This document shows, in pieces, positions 1 through 8,778 of a stretch of DNA of 64,000 nt. Made by a program: the position numbers and the translations under genes. Within the stretch, counting starts at the first letter, position 1, and the number at the start of each line of letters is the position of its first letter. The notes under the pieces are model-generated. The model did no database searches, was not told the DNA's origin, and saw nothing but the letters and a program-made list of their open reading frames with translations. The stretch lies in the NCBI GenBank assembly GCA_963796115.1, contig CAWCKE010000001.1, positions 37,993 through 101,992 on the forward strand, written 5' to 3'. This DNA comes from an uncultured Acidimicrobiia bacterium. Its GTDB lineage: Bacteria; Actinomycetota; Acidimicrobiia; Spongiisociales; UBA11373.

Positions 1-99
1 AACTCGCTCGGCGTGGGGAGCCCACACCCGGAAGGTCGTGCCCCCGTCGTGGGGAACCGATCCCATAGACGGTCGGGGAGACGGCACGACGTCGGGCAC
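1..99 (-). CDS. 5' end of an alpha-glucan-active GH13-type enzyme (TreZ/GlgB/GlgX-like N-terminal domain); partial, runs off the window
   Basis: AAGGAGG lies 7 nt upstream of a GTG at 99. Translation is VPDVVPSPRPSMGSVPHDGGTTFRVWAPHAERV. The FRVWAP.A..V motif is typical of GH13 N-terminal E-set/CBM48 domains. Only 33 codons are visible. Confidence 0.3.
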   Translation of the reverse strand, partial: MPDVVPSPRPSMGSVPHDGGTTFRVWAPHAERV

Positions 100-227
100 G
101 GGCAGATCCTCCTTCTGCGAGAGAACGAGTGTGGCACGATCGCGAGGCGCCCTCCCCCTCCGCCGCGCTGGGCGGCGTTGGCAACAGGGAGGCGGTTGTG
201 CACATGAGCCCGATGGACGGCGCCGGG

Positions 228-1345
228 TCAGCCCTCCCGGGGTCCAGTGCCGACGACCATCGACCGCGGCAGCAGAGTCGTTCGGGTAGAAGCGCTTGCG
301 CGCCCACAGAGCCACGTAGACCAGGCCGACCAGGACCGGGACTTCGATGAGGGGGCCGACCACTCCGGCGAGGGCCTGGCCCGAGGTGACCCCGTACACC
401 CCGATGGCCACTGCGATGGCCAGTTCGAAGTTGTTGCTCGCCGCGGTGAACGAAAGGGTCGCGTTGCGGGGATAGCCGACGCGCAGGCGCAGGCCCAGGA
501 TGAACGACACCCCCCACATCAAGGCGAAGTAGGCGAGCAGGGGCAGGGCGATTCGCAGGACGTCCACCGGCTTGGAAGTGATCGTCTCCCCCTGCAGCGC
601 GAATAGCAGCACCACCGTGAAGAGCAGACCCCAGAGGGCCACCGGGGCGATGCGGGGCAGGAACTTCCCCTCGTACCACTCCACACCCTTCGTCCGCTCT
701 CCCCAGAGGCGGGTCAGGTAGCCGGCCACGAGGGGCACCCCCAGGAAGATGAGCACGATCTTGGCGATCTCCCACAGCGACACGTCCAGGACATTGGTAT
801 CCAGGCCCAGCCAACTCGGCAGCACCTGCAGGTAGAAGTAACCCAACAGCGAGTAGGCCACGATCTGGAACAACGAGTTGAGCGCCACCAGCACCACCGC
901 CGCTTCCCGGTCCCCGCCCGCCAGGTCGTTCCAGATCAGCACCATGGCGATGCAGCGGGCCAGGCCCACGATGATCAGCCCCGTCCGGTACTCGGGCAGG
1001 TCGGGGAGCAGCAACCAGGCCAGGGCGAACATCAAGCGCCGGGCCGATCACCCAGTTGAGCAACAGGGACATGCCCATCAGCTTGCGGTCCTTGGCCACC
1101 TCCCCGACCTTGGCGTATCGCACCTTGGCCAGCACCGGGTACATCATGACCAACAGGCCCAGGGCGATGGGGAGCGACACCGAGCCGACCTTGATGGTGT
1201 CCAGGGCGTCGTTGAGCCCGGGGAAGAGGCGCCCCAGGCCCAGGCCCAGGCCCATGGCCAGCAGGATCCACGCCGGCAGGAAGCGGTCGAGCAGGGAGAG
1301 GCGAGCCAGCACCGCCTGCTCCTGGGGGGTGGCGGGCTCGGTCAT
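228..1345 (-). CDS. acr3: Arsenite efflux transporter, ACR3 family; frame broken near 1035-1045 and 3' end unresolved
   Basis: The ATG at 1345 overlaps the upstream stop (ATGA). The first frame reads MTEPATPQEQAVLARLSLLDRFLPAWILLAMGLGLG...MSLLLNWVIGPA. After a 1-nt slip the sequence continues colinearly as LMFALAWLLLPDLPEYRTGLIIVGLARCIAMVLIWNDLAGGDRE...GPLIEVPVLVGLVYVALWARKRFYP. That frame has no stop before the window edge. The nearest stop, in an adjacent frame, is at 228-230, so the left end is approximate. Confidence 0.85.
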
Positions 1346-1590
1346 CTGCCCAGACCCTCGATGATGCGGCGCACCTCGTCGCGGTTGGGCACCCGGCCGG
1401 AGAGGAACACCGTGTCGTCGATGACCAGGGCCGGCGTCCGCATCACGCCGTAGGAAGCGATCGCCGCGTAGTCGGTGACCTCCTCGACCGTGGCGTCGAT
1501 GCCCAGCGTCTGTACCGCGTCTCTCACCAGCGACTCGAGGGTCCGGCAGTTGGAGCAGCCCGGCCCGAGGACCTTGATGTGCACGTCCAT
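1342..1590 (-). CDS. Thioredoxin-family small redox protein (redox-active disulfide protein 2 type)
   Basis: MDVHIKVLGPGCSNCRTLESLVRDAVQTLGIDATVEEVTDYAAIASYGVMRTPALVIDDTVFLSGRVP contains a CxxC motif (GCSNC). Such proteins are typical small thioredoxin-like members of ars operons. Its stop overlaps the acr3 start. Confidence 0.8.
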   Translation of the reverse strand: MDVHIKVLGPGCSNCRTLESLVRDAVQTLGIDATVEEVTDYAAIASYGVMRTPALVIDDTVFLSGRVPNRDEVRRIIEGLGR

Positions 1591-1597
1591 TCCTTTC

Positions 1598-2566
1598 CTA
1601 GAAGATGGCGTTGAACAGGTACCCAACGGCGACGATGCCCACCCCCACAACACCGATGAAGGTGCCGAGCAGGCGGGGGCGGAGCACCCGGCGCAGCAGG
1701 ATCATCTCCGGCAGCGACAGGGCCACCACCGCCATTGTGAAGGCCAGCACCGTCCCCAGAGCCAGCCCTTTGGCGTACAGGGCTTCGATGAGCGGGATGA
1801 CGCCCGCCGCGTTGGAGTACAGCGGTATTCCCAGGAGCACGGCGATCGGGACGGCGAAGGGGTTGGAGGGCCCGGCGTGGCGCACGAAGAAGTCCTCGGG
1901 AACCCAGCCGTGGATGACCGCCCCCACCGCGATGGCGGCGACCAGGAAGGGCCACACCCGCCTCAAGATCGTACGCACCTCGTCGCGGCCGACGGAGAAG
2001 CGCTCCCCCCAAGTCGGCCGGGCGCCTTCAGCCACCGAAACGGCCTTTACCTCGTAGACGAACGGCTCCACCCAGCGCTCCAGGCCCAGACGGCCGATCA
2101 CCAGGCCCGCCACGACGGCGATGACCAGGCCGAAGCCCATGTAGGCCACCGCCACCCGCCAGCCGAAAGCCCCCCACAACAGCACCACCGCCACCTCATT
2201 GACCATCGGGCTAGCGATGAGAAACGACATGGTGATCCCCAGCGGCACCCCGGCCGCGACAAACCCAATGAACAAGGGAACGGCGCTGCACGAACAAAAC
2301 GGGGTGGCCACCCCCAGCCCCGCGGCCGCCAGGTTGCCCAGCCCCTGGCGCCGCCCGCCGAGCAGGGCACGGGTCCGCTCCGGAGACACGAAGCTGCGCA
2401 GCACTGCGGCGGCAAACACCACCGCAGTCAGCAGCAGCAGGATCTTCCCGGTATCGAACAGGAAGAAATGCACCGCCGACCCCAGGCGCCCCTCCAGGCC
2501 AAAGACGTCGAAGACCAGCCGGTCCCACACCCACTCGTTCGCGACGAACAGACCGGCCCAGGCCAC
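1598..2566 (-). CDS. Polytopic permease of the PF03773 type (ArsP-like)
   Basis: The 322-aa ORF is hydrophobic throughout. It carries the vicinal-cysteine motif GVATPFCSCSAVPLF characteristic of this permease family. It sits between arsR and the thioredoxin-like gene/acr3. Confidence 0.7.
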   Translation of the reverse strand: MAWAGLFVANEWVWDRLVFDVFGLEGRLGSAVHFFLFDTGKILLLLTAVVFAAAVLRSFVSPERTRALLGGRRQGLGNLAAAGLGVATPFCSCSAVPLFIGFVAAGVPLGITMSFLIASPMVNEVAVVLLWGAFGWRVAVAYMGFGLVIAVVAGLVIGRLGLERWVEPFVYEVKAVSVAEGARPTWGERFSVGRDEVRTILRRVWPFLVAAIAVGAVIHGWVPEDFFVRHAGPSNPFAVPIAVLLGIPLYSNAAGVIPLIEALYAKGLALGTVLAFTMAVVALSLPEMILLRRVLRPRLLGTFIGVVGVGIVAVGYLFNAIF

Positions 2567-2636
2567 CGCCGCCGCCGCGATCCAGCCCCAGGGCCGCAGG
2601 ACGCACCTCGGCCAGCCGTGCGTTCGGTGACGCTCA

Positions 2637-2894
2637 TCAGCCCGCGTCGCCGGGCAAGGCTTTGCGCAACAACGCGAAGGCTGCAGGCACCAGGCGATAG
2701 TCCACCCACCGGCCCCGCCGCTTCGCCGCGATCAGGCCGGCGCGACGCAACACCGCCAGGTGATAGGAGAGCAGGTTGGGGGCGATGCCGGAGTCAGGCA
2801 GCAACTCGCAGACACAGCACTCGTCACAGTCAGCCAGTTGGGTCAGGATCCGAAGGCGTATTGGATCGGAAAGCGCGCCGAACAGGTCCGCCAT
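2637..2894 (-). CDS. arsR: ArsR/SmtB family metalloregulator
   Basis: MADLFGALSDPIRLRILTQLADCDECCVCELLPDSGIAPNLLSYHLAVLRRAGLI shows a winged-helix sequence with the As(III)-binding ECCVCEL motif. An alternative GTG start at 2939 would add 15 residues. The ORF-track start at 3113 is probably too far upstream. Confidence 0.85.
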   Translation of the reverse strand: MADLFGALSDPIRLRILTQLADCDECCVCELLPDSGIAPNLLSYHLAVLRRAGLIAAKRRGRWVDYRLVPAAFALLRKALPGDAG

Positions 2895-3109
2895 CGCTTC
2901 GAGTGACCTTGACTCAAGATCCGTTGATATGGGCACGACCGGAGTATGCCACGGCGCCGGGATGCCCACAAGCCTCCGGCCGCCTGGGCCCCGGGCACTG
3001 ACCGGCCGCTGTTGGCCCGCGGTGCCTTGGCCTGATGCCCACTCCCCCACCATCGACCATGCCGGGCGCCCTCGCCGCCCCTCTCGGGGCGCGCATTCGG
3101 CCGAGCCGG

Positions 3110-4717
3110 TCACATGATCTTGTACTTCGGCCCGTCACCGCCCTCGGGCACGTGCCACTGGATCACCTGGTGCGGGCACTTCGTCCGGCAAGTCTGACAG
3201 TGAACGCAGTTCGAGGGATTCAACACGAGTTCGTCATCCTCGAACCGGTACACGTCGGCCGGACAGAAGTAGGCGCAAGGGTGCACGCCGTAGTCCCGGA
3301 GGCAGCCGGCGCAACCGGCCGGGTCGGAGATCCTGATGTGAGACGGCTCTTCTTCACGGTGAATGGTCCCGGAGAGCGCCACGTCGCTCAGCCGGTCGTA
3401 GCCACCCCGGTAGTCCCGCTTGAGATGGACGCGCTTCATCCCTTTGTGGTCGGGTTCCGTCTCGATTCTTCTCCGGATGAGCCCCTGGATCAGGGAGAGG
3501 GGGGCCCCCAGGTACACGGTGCCCCCCTTGGTGAACATCTGCCGGTAGTTCTTCCCCCGCTTCAAGTCGGCGATGACGGGACTCGCCTCCAGCAGATCCC
3601 CGTACAGCTTCAGGGTCCGGGCGCTGAAGTCGTTCCGTTCGATGGCCGCCAGGATGGCCTCCGCCGCCAGCATGCCCGACCGCATGGCGTTGTGCCAGCC
3701 CTTCAGCTTGCGCACATCGGTGAAGCCGGCGTCGTCTCCCACGATGAGCGCGCCGTCGGTGTAGGGGTGCGGCAGGGCCCAGTACCCGCCCTCCGGCAGG
3801 GTCTTGGCGCCGTAGGCGATGACCTCGCCCCCTTCGAGGATGCTGCGGACGTACGTGTGTGACTTGAAGACCTGGAGCTCTTGCTGCGGGTTGAGGTCGG
3901 CGTACTTCCAGTCCAGCGCCAGCACCAGAGCCACCGCGACCGTGTTCTTGTCCAGGCTGTAGATCGTGCCGCCGCCGAACACGTCGGCCAGGGGGAAGCC
4001 GAAGGTGTGGACCACATGGTTGGCGCCAAAGGGGTTGTCCGGCGGGAGCTTGATGACTTCCTTCACGCCGAGCGAATGGATCTGATGGATGCTCCCGCTG
4101 TCCAATCCCTTCCTCTTGACCACGTCCTCGGCCAACTGGCCCAGGGAACCTTCTGCGAAGACGGTGACCTTGGCTTCGATGGCCTCTCCGGGCACGAAGT
4201 TGACCTGCTGGTTCCCCTCTCTGTCCAGGCCCTTGTCGCCCAGCCTCACCCCTCTGACGCCGGATTCGCCGTAGAGCACCTCGACGGCGGCGAAGCCGGT
4301 GTAGACCCTGACCCCGAGAGCCTCCGCCTCGCCGACGAGCCAGCGAACCATCTCGCTGCCGGAGAGCACCAGGTTGCCGTGGTGCCGCAGGTACGGCGGA
4401 ACGATCCACTCAGGCAACTTGATCGCTCTGGATTTCGTCAGGAAGAGCGTGTCGTCCTTCTGGACCTCACTGCCGAGGGCCCGAGTGACGAAGGGGTCCT
4501 TCCTCTCCCTCCAGTCGGGAATCAACTCGGTCAGCGCCTCGGGCTCGAAGACCAGCCCGGACAGGACGTGCTGGCCGGCCTTGCCGGCCTTGTCGATGAC
4601 GGCCACGCTCTCGGTTCTGCCCCTGGCGTTGAGCAACTGCTTCAGCTTGATGGCGCCGGACAGGCCGGCCGGTCCGCCGCCGACGAACAGGACGTCTACC
4701 TGGTTGGTCTTGGTCAT
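3110..4717 (-). CDS. Electron-transfer flavoprotein:quinone oxidoreductase (ETF-QO, FixC/FixX-like fusion)
   Basis: The N-terminus has an FAD fold motif, DVLFVGGGPAGLSGA. The C-terminus has a 4Fe-4S module, CPADVYRF...NPSNCVHCQTCRTKCP. The start overlaps the etfBA stop (ATGA). The 535-aa ORF is intact. Confidence 0.85.
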   Translation of the reverse strand: MTKTNQVDVLFVGGGPAGLSGAIKLKQLLNARGRTESVAVIDKAGKAGQHVLSGLVFEPEALTELIPDWRERKDPFVTRALGSEVQKDDTLFLTKSRAIKLPEWIVPPYLRHHGNLVLSGSEMVRWLVGEAEALGVRVYTGFAAVEVLYGESGVRGVRLGDKGLDREGNQQVNFVPGEAIEAKVTVFAEGSLGQLAEDVVKRKGLDSGSIHQIHSLGVKEVIKLPPDNPFGANHVVHTFGFPLADVFGGGTIYSLDKNTVAVALVLALDWKYADLNPQQELQVFKSHTYVRSILEGGEVIAYGAKTLPEGGYWALPHPYTDGALIVGDDAGFTDVRKLKGWHNAMRSGMLAAEAILAAIERNDFSARTLKLYGDLLEASPVIADLKRGKNYRQMFTKGGTVYLGAPLSLIQGLIRRRIETEPDHKGMKRVHLKRDYRGGYDRLSDVALSGTIHREEEPSHIRISDPAGCAGCLRDYGVHPCAYFCPADVYRFEDDELVLNPSNCVHCQTCRTKCPHQVIQWHVPEGGDGPKYKIM

Positions 4718-6624
4718 CGCTGCACCGCCCCGAGCTTGAGAGCCTCAGTGAGCTGCGGAATGCTCTCTTCCAGACTCCCCACAACCCCTAAGTCGGCGAC
4801 ATTGAAGATGGGTGCCTTGGCATCCCTGTTGATGGCCACGATGATGTCCGAGCTCTGCATGCCGGTGAGGTGCTGCACCGCCCCCGACACGCCGACGGCG
4901 ACGTACACCCGGGGCTTGACGGTCTGACCGGTCTGCCCCACCTGATGCCCGCGATCGATCAGGCCGCGCTCCACTGCGGCTCTCGAGGCTCCGACCATGC
5001 TCTCGACCTCGAGGAACCTGCCCAGCTCCGCGGCGAGCGGCCGTATGTAGGTGTCGTAGTTCTCCTTGGTGCGCACCCCGGCGCCGCCGGTGACGATCGC
5101 CCCCGCTTCGGATAGCGGCACGGTGGCTTGTATCGGCTCGAAGCTCACCAGGCTCAGTCCGGCGCGCTCTTCCGCCAGTTGCGGAGTGTGCTTGATCACC
5201 TCTCCCAGCCTCGAATCGTCTCGCGGCAGTGCCTTCATCACCCCCGGGCGTGCCGTCGACATCTGTATCTCGGCGTTCTGCGTGATGATGGAGGCCATGA
5301 TGTTCCCACCGAGCGCCGGCCGGGTCTGGCGAAGGATCCCGGTGTATTCCTTCCCGGCACGTTTCAGGTCCATCAGGTCCAGACCGGTGCAGTCGGCAGT
5401 GAGGCCCGAATGCGTCCGGTAGGCAACGCGCGGGGCGAGTTCCCGCCCCAGCGGAGTTGCGGCGAACAGCACGATCTGCGGCCGGTACTCGCCGATCAGC
5501 TCGCTCACCACCTCGGTGTAGGGCATCGGCGAGAAGCGGCCGAGCATCTCGTGTTCCGCCAAGTAGACCCTGTCGGCACCGTGAGCGATGAGATCTCCGG
5601 CTATCGCTTCGACGCCGGCGCCCAGCAACACGGCTGCGACCTTCTCGTTGAGGCTTCTCGCCAACGAGGAAGCCCGGCCGAGCAACTCGAATGCGGCGGC
5701 GTGCAGCTCACCCGCATCCTGTTCGGCGTACACCCAGACCTCTCCCCGGAAGGTCGGGGCCTTGCCTTCCGGCAGCCTGTACTGCTCCCCCACGTCCTCC
5801 TTGGTCGCCTTCGACGCGAGCTTGGCGTCGTAGAGCTGCCTGATCATCTCGGCGAGCCGGCGCATGTCGGTGACGTACACGCAGTCCTTGGTGCTGACTT
5901 CCTTGGGAGAGAAGATCCGGTGCACCGTGGTACGGGAGCCGGTCAGCCCGATCCTCGCCGGATCGGCAGCGACGTCGGCGGCGCCCCAGGAGACGATCTC
6001 CTGGTCGTACGCCCAGGCCGTCCTGCCGAAGGAGGCGAAAGGCGGCTCGGTCCAGTTCGTCACGGTGATCAACGCCGGGTAGCTGTTGGGGGACACCACT
6101 TCCTTGCCGTTGCGAGTGATCCGAGCCACCTGCAACGCTTCGTCGGCATACCGGAACGAAGTGGCATAGGCGATGTGAGGAATGCCGAGCTCCTCGGCGA
6201 CCTGCGGCGGCACCTGGGCGGTGTCGCCGTCGACGGATTGCATGCCGGTGATGATCAGGTACTCGCGGTCGCCGCCGAAGATCTCCTCCTCGATCTTGCG
6301 GATCGCCTGGCTCAGCGGATAGGCCGTGGCCGGGGTGTCGGCCCCACCCAGCTTCCGGTCGGTGAGCAGCACGGCGCGGTCGGCACAGATCGACAGGGCG
6401 TACCTGAGCACCTCGGTGGCGAAGGGCGGTCCCATCGTCAGAGCGACGACCTCGCCGGCCTGATGGTTCCGCAGTGCTGCGGTGAAGGCCAACGCCTGCT
6501 TGTCCAATTCGTTGCAGACGTTGTCGAGCATGCCCCTTCGCAGAGTGCCCTTCTCCCAGTCCCACGCGTCGGGTGGGATGTTCCTGATGTCGGGCACCTG
6601 TTTGACCAGGACGATGTAGTTCAC
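4714..6624 (-). CDS. Fused electron-transfer flavoprotein, beta plus alpha subunits (EtfB-EtfA)
   Basis: The probable start is a GTG at 6624 with GAAAGGGGA upstream. The N-terminal half (NYIVLVKQVPD...VVALTMGPPFATEVLRYALSICADRAVLL...GMQSVDGDTAQV) is EtfB/FixA-like. The C-terminal half (EVWVYAEQDAGELH...IVLFAATPLGRELAPRVA...VAVGVSGAVQHLTGM...IVAINRD) is EtfA/FixB-like. Both lie in one uninterrupted frame. Confidence 0.85.
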   Translation of the reverse strand: MNYIVLVKQVPDIRNIPPDAWDWEKGTLRRGMLDNVCNELDKQALAFTAALRNHQAGEVVALTMGPPFATEVLRYALSICADRAVLLTDRKLGGADTPATAYPLSQAIRKIEEEIFGGDREYLIITGMQSVDGDTAQVPPQVAEELGIPHIAYATSFRYADEALQVARITRNGKEVVSPNSYPALITVTNWTEPPFASFGRTAWAYDQEIVSWGAADVAADPARIGLTGSRTTVHRIFSPKEVSTKDCVYVTDMRRLAEMIRQLYDAKLASKATKEDVGEQYRLPEGKAPTFRGEVWVYAEQDAGELHAAAFELLGRASSLARSLNEKVAAVLLGAGVEAIAGDLIAHGADRVYLAEHEMLGRFSPMPYTEVVSELIGEYRPQIVLFAATPLGRELAPRVAYRTHSGLTADCTGLDLMDLKRAGKEYTGILRQTRPALGGNIMASIITQNAEIQMSTARPGVMKALPRDDSRLGEVIKHTPQLAEERAGLSLVSFEPIQATVPLSEAGAIVTGGAGVRTKENYDTYIRPLAAELGRFLEVESMVGASRAAVERGLIDRGHQVGQTGQTVKPRVYVAVGVSGAVQHLTGMQSSDIIVAINRDAKAPIFNVADLGVVGSLEESIPQLTEALKLGAVQR

Positions 6625-6855
6625 CGTTCCCCTTTCGAACCCATGCTTGCAGGACCGACGGAAGACTTCGAGTGACTCGTCAGCAGCAGCCCTCGGGTGT
6701 AGCCAGACGCCCGAGGTCAAGTCGGCACCCGGCGTCGCCGGTGACCCTGGCCCGGTGATCCCCTCGACCCGCCCCCGCATCGTCAGAAACGGTTGGTTCT
6801 GCCCCGCCAACTGCAGGAGCCTGCTCCTGGAACCTGTCATCGCCGACGGGTGCCC

Positions 6856-7173
6856 TCAGGCGTGACTCACACAACGGGTCGCCCAGGGACGGGCTTCGAG
6901 GCGCTCAAGTCCGATCTCGACACCGCACTCGTCGCATCGGCCGTAGGTCCCGTCGGCCAGCTTCTCCTGGGCGCGCTTCACCTCGGTGAGCATCGTCTGC
7001 AGCTTCTCCTCGGCCGACACGGCGGTGATGCGTTCGACGGCGTGGCTGGTGCCCTCGCCCACGCGCTTGCCGAAGCCGATCGATCCCGGCTCCGGGGGTT
7101 GGTGCAGCCCTTCCAGTTGCTCTTCCAGCAGCGCTCGCTTGGCGGCCAGTACCGCGGCGGGATCGTGCGTCAT
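6856..7173 (-). CDS. DksA/TraR family C4-type zinc-finger protein
   Basis: The 105-aa ORF ends ...KLADGTYGRCDECGVEIGLERLEARPWATRCVSHA. This matches DksA-like proteins with an N-terminal coiled coil followed by CxxC...CxxH. Confidence 0.75.
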   Translation of the reverse strand: MTHDPAAVLAAKRALLEEQLEGLHQPPEPGSIGFGKRVGEGTSHAVERITAVSAEEKLQTMLTEVKRAQEKLADGTYGRCDECGVEIGLERLEARPWATRCVSHA

Positions 7174-7475
7174 CGCTACATCCTCGTACGCAACCCGGGG
7201 GTTCGACGGGAATCAGTCCCGAGCTACCTCACCAGGGCGGGCCACCGGCCCATCCCCACCCGACCAGCCCACTACCACCTGACCCAGCCCGGGCAGGATC
7301 GAACGCGCCCCCAGACGCCCTCGCCAGCATGACGGGCGCCCCACTCCCCCTTCAACGGCCCATCAGGCGGCCAACACCTGCGGTCCCACGCGCCAAACCG
7401 GCCCGAAGCACCCCACCAGGGCAGCCCGGACCGGGCTTCGTGAAGAAGAGGCCTCCACTTCCGTGAAGGCCTCAG

Positions 7476-7547
7476 TGGGCGCTAGAGGATTTGAACCTCT
7501 GACCTCTTCCGCGTCAAGGAAGCGCTCTCCCCCTGAGCTAAGCGCCC
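7476..7547 (-). tRNA. tRNA-Val (anticodon GAC)
   Basis: The reverse complement is GGGCGCTTAGCTCAGGGGGAGAGCGCTTCCTTGACGCGGAAGAGGTCAGAGGTTCAAATCCTCTAGCGCCCA. It folds as a full cloverleaf with a 7-bp acceptor stem, anticodon stem CTTCC/GGAAG, loop TTGACGC and T-loop TTCAAAT. CCA is not encoded. Confidence 0.95.
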
Positions 7548-7585
7548 GTCTGTCGGCCGGGCCCCGGCAGGGCCGAGGCCCTTCG

Positions 7586-7657
7586 AGGCGGCGCCCGGAA
7601 TTGAACCGGGGTAAAGGGTTTTGCAGACCCTTGCCTGAACCACTCGGCCACGCCGCC
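7586..7657 (-). tRNA. tRNA-Cys (anticodon GCA)
   Basis: The reverse complement is GGCGGCGTGGCCGAGTGGTTCAGGCAAGGGTCTGCAAAACCCTTTACCCCGGTTCAATTCCGGGCGCCGCCT. The anticodon stem is AGGGT/ACCCT with loop CTGCAAA. The T arm is CCCGG-TTCAATT-CCGGG. Confidence 0.95.
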
Positions 7658-7695
7658 GCAGTCCAAGAGGGGCGGGCGACGCGCTCCGCCCCCGG

Positions 7696-7768
7696 AGCGG
7701 ACGACCGGTCTCGAACCGGCGACCTTAACCTTGGCAAGGTTACGCTCTACCAACTGAGCTACGTCCGC
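7696..7768 (-). tRNA. tRNA-Gly (anticodon GCC)
   Basis: The reverse complement is GCGGACGTAGCTCAGTTGGTAGAGCGTAACCTTGCCAAGGTTAAGGTCGCCGGTTCGAGACCGGTCGTCCGCT. The anticodon stem is TAACC/GGTTA with loop TTGCCAA. Confidence 0.95.
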
Positions 7769-7808
7769 AGGCCCCTTCAGCATACCATCGGCCGCCGGGC
7801 GCACTCCC

Positions 7809-8232
7809 CTAGAGCCCGGTGGAGCCGAAGCCCCCCTCTCCCCGCTCCGACGGCGGCAATTCGTCCACCTCGAGCAGGTCCCCGCACGGCCACCGGCACC
7901 ACCAGCAGCTGGGCGATGCGGTCGCCCCGGGCCAGCGACACCGGCTCGGCGCCGTGGTTGACCAGGATCACCCGGATCTCCCCCCGGTAGCCGGCGTCCA
8001 CCACCCCCGGGGCGTTGACGATGCCCAGGCCGTGGCGCTGCGCCAGGCCGCTGCGCGGGGTCACCAGGCCGGCGTAGCCCTCGGGGATGGCCACCGCCAC
8101 CCCGGTGCCCACCGTGGCCCGCTCCCCCGGCCCCAGCGTCACCGCCGCGGCGGCGTACAGGTCCACCCCGGCGTCGCCGGGCCGGGCCCGCGCCGGCAGG
8201 GGCAGGCCCGGGTCGAGGCGCCGGACCAGCAC
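7809..8232 (-). CDS. dut: dUTP diphosphatase; one apparent 1-nt insertion near 7880-7884
   Basis: From the GTG at 8232 the frame reads [94 protein letters not shown]. The conserved C-terminus [22 protein letters not shown] is in the adjacent frame, after a C4 run. Length is 424 nt (3n+1). Confidence 0.85.
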
Positions 8233-8266
8233 CCGCGGCTCGCCGCCGCCGCCCCGGCCCAGAGGC

Positions 8267-8718
8267 TCACTCCGGCTCCTCCAGGGCGGCCAGCTCCTTC
8301 TGGAAGTCGCGGGTGCCGGCGAACTCCTTGTAGACCGAGGCGAAGCGCAGGTAGGCCACCTCGTCGATGCGGCGCAGGCCCTCGAGCACCCACTGGCCGA
8401 TCTGGCTCGGAGGTGATCTCGGGGCCGTTCTCCTGGGCCAGCATCTCGACGTCGCGCACCAGGCTCTCCACCGCCCCCGGCGGCACCGGCCGGTCGGCGA
8501 TGGCGTAGCACACCCCGCGCAGCACCTTGGCCGCCGAGAAGGGCTGCACCGTCCCGTTGCGCTTGCGCACCACCAGGGCCGCCTCGCGCCGCTCGTAGGT
8601 GGTGAAGCGGTTGCCGCACTCCGGCGCACTCCCGGCGCCGCCGGATGGCGCCGCCGCCGTCGGCGGGACGGCTGTCCACCACCCGGGTGTCCGGGGCGTC
8701 GCAGAACGGGCAGTGCAT
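8267..8718 (-). CDS. nrdR: Transcriptional repressor NrdR; split over three frames (indels near 8625 and 8404)
   Basis: Piece 1 is [31 protein letters not shown] (zinc ribbon). Piece 2 is [45 protein letters not shown]...ENGPEITSE. Piece 3 is [45 protein letters not shown]. The pieces are colinear with NrdR. Length is 452 nt (3n+2). Confidence 0.85.
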
Positions 8719-8778
8719 CGGCAGCAGGAGGTTACCCGCCGCCGGCGCCGACCCGCCCGGGGCGCCCGGCTCCGCCGC

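Noticed and set aside
6814-6829. A small hairpin (CAGGAG-CCTG-CTCCTG) downstream of the dksA-like stop, and a similar GC hairpin after the RTX stop (about 59015-59050), as intrinsic terminators.
   Set aside because: The stems are short or the loops long, and no U-tract follows. The evidence is not strong enough to annotate them as terminators.
7180-7460. A possible fourth tRNA or tmRNA-like element (GGTTCGA and GATCGAACG strings) between the dksA-like gene and tRNA-Val.
   Set aside because: I could not build a T-arm, acceptor stem or anticodon stem around either string on either strand. The region is more simply the 5' UTR/promoter of the dksA-like gene.
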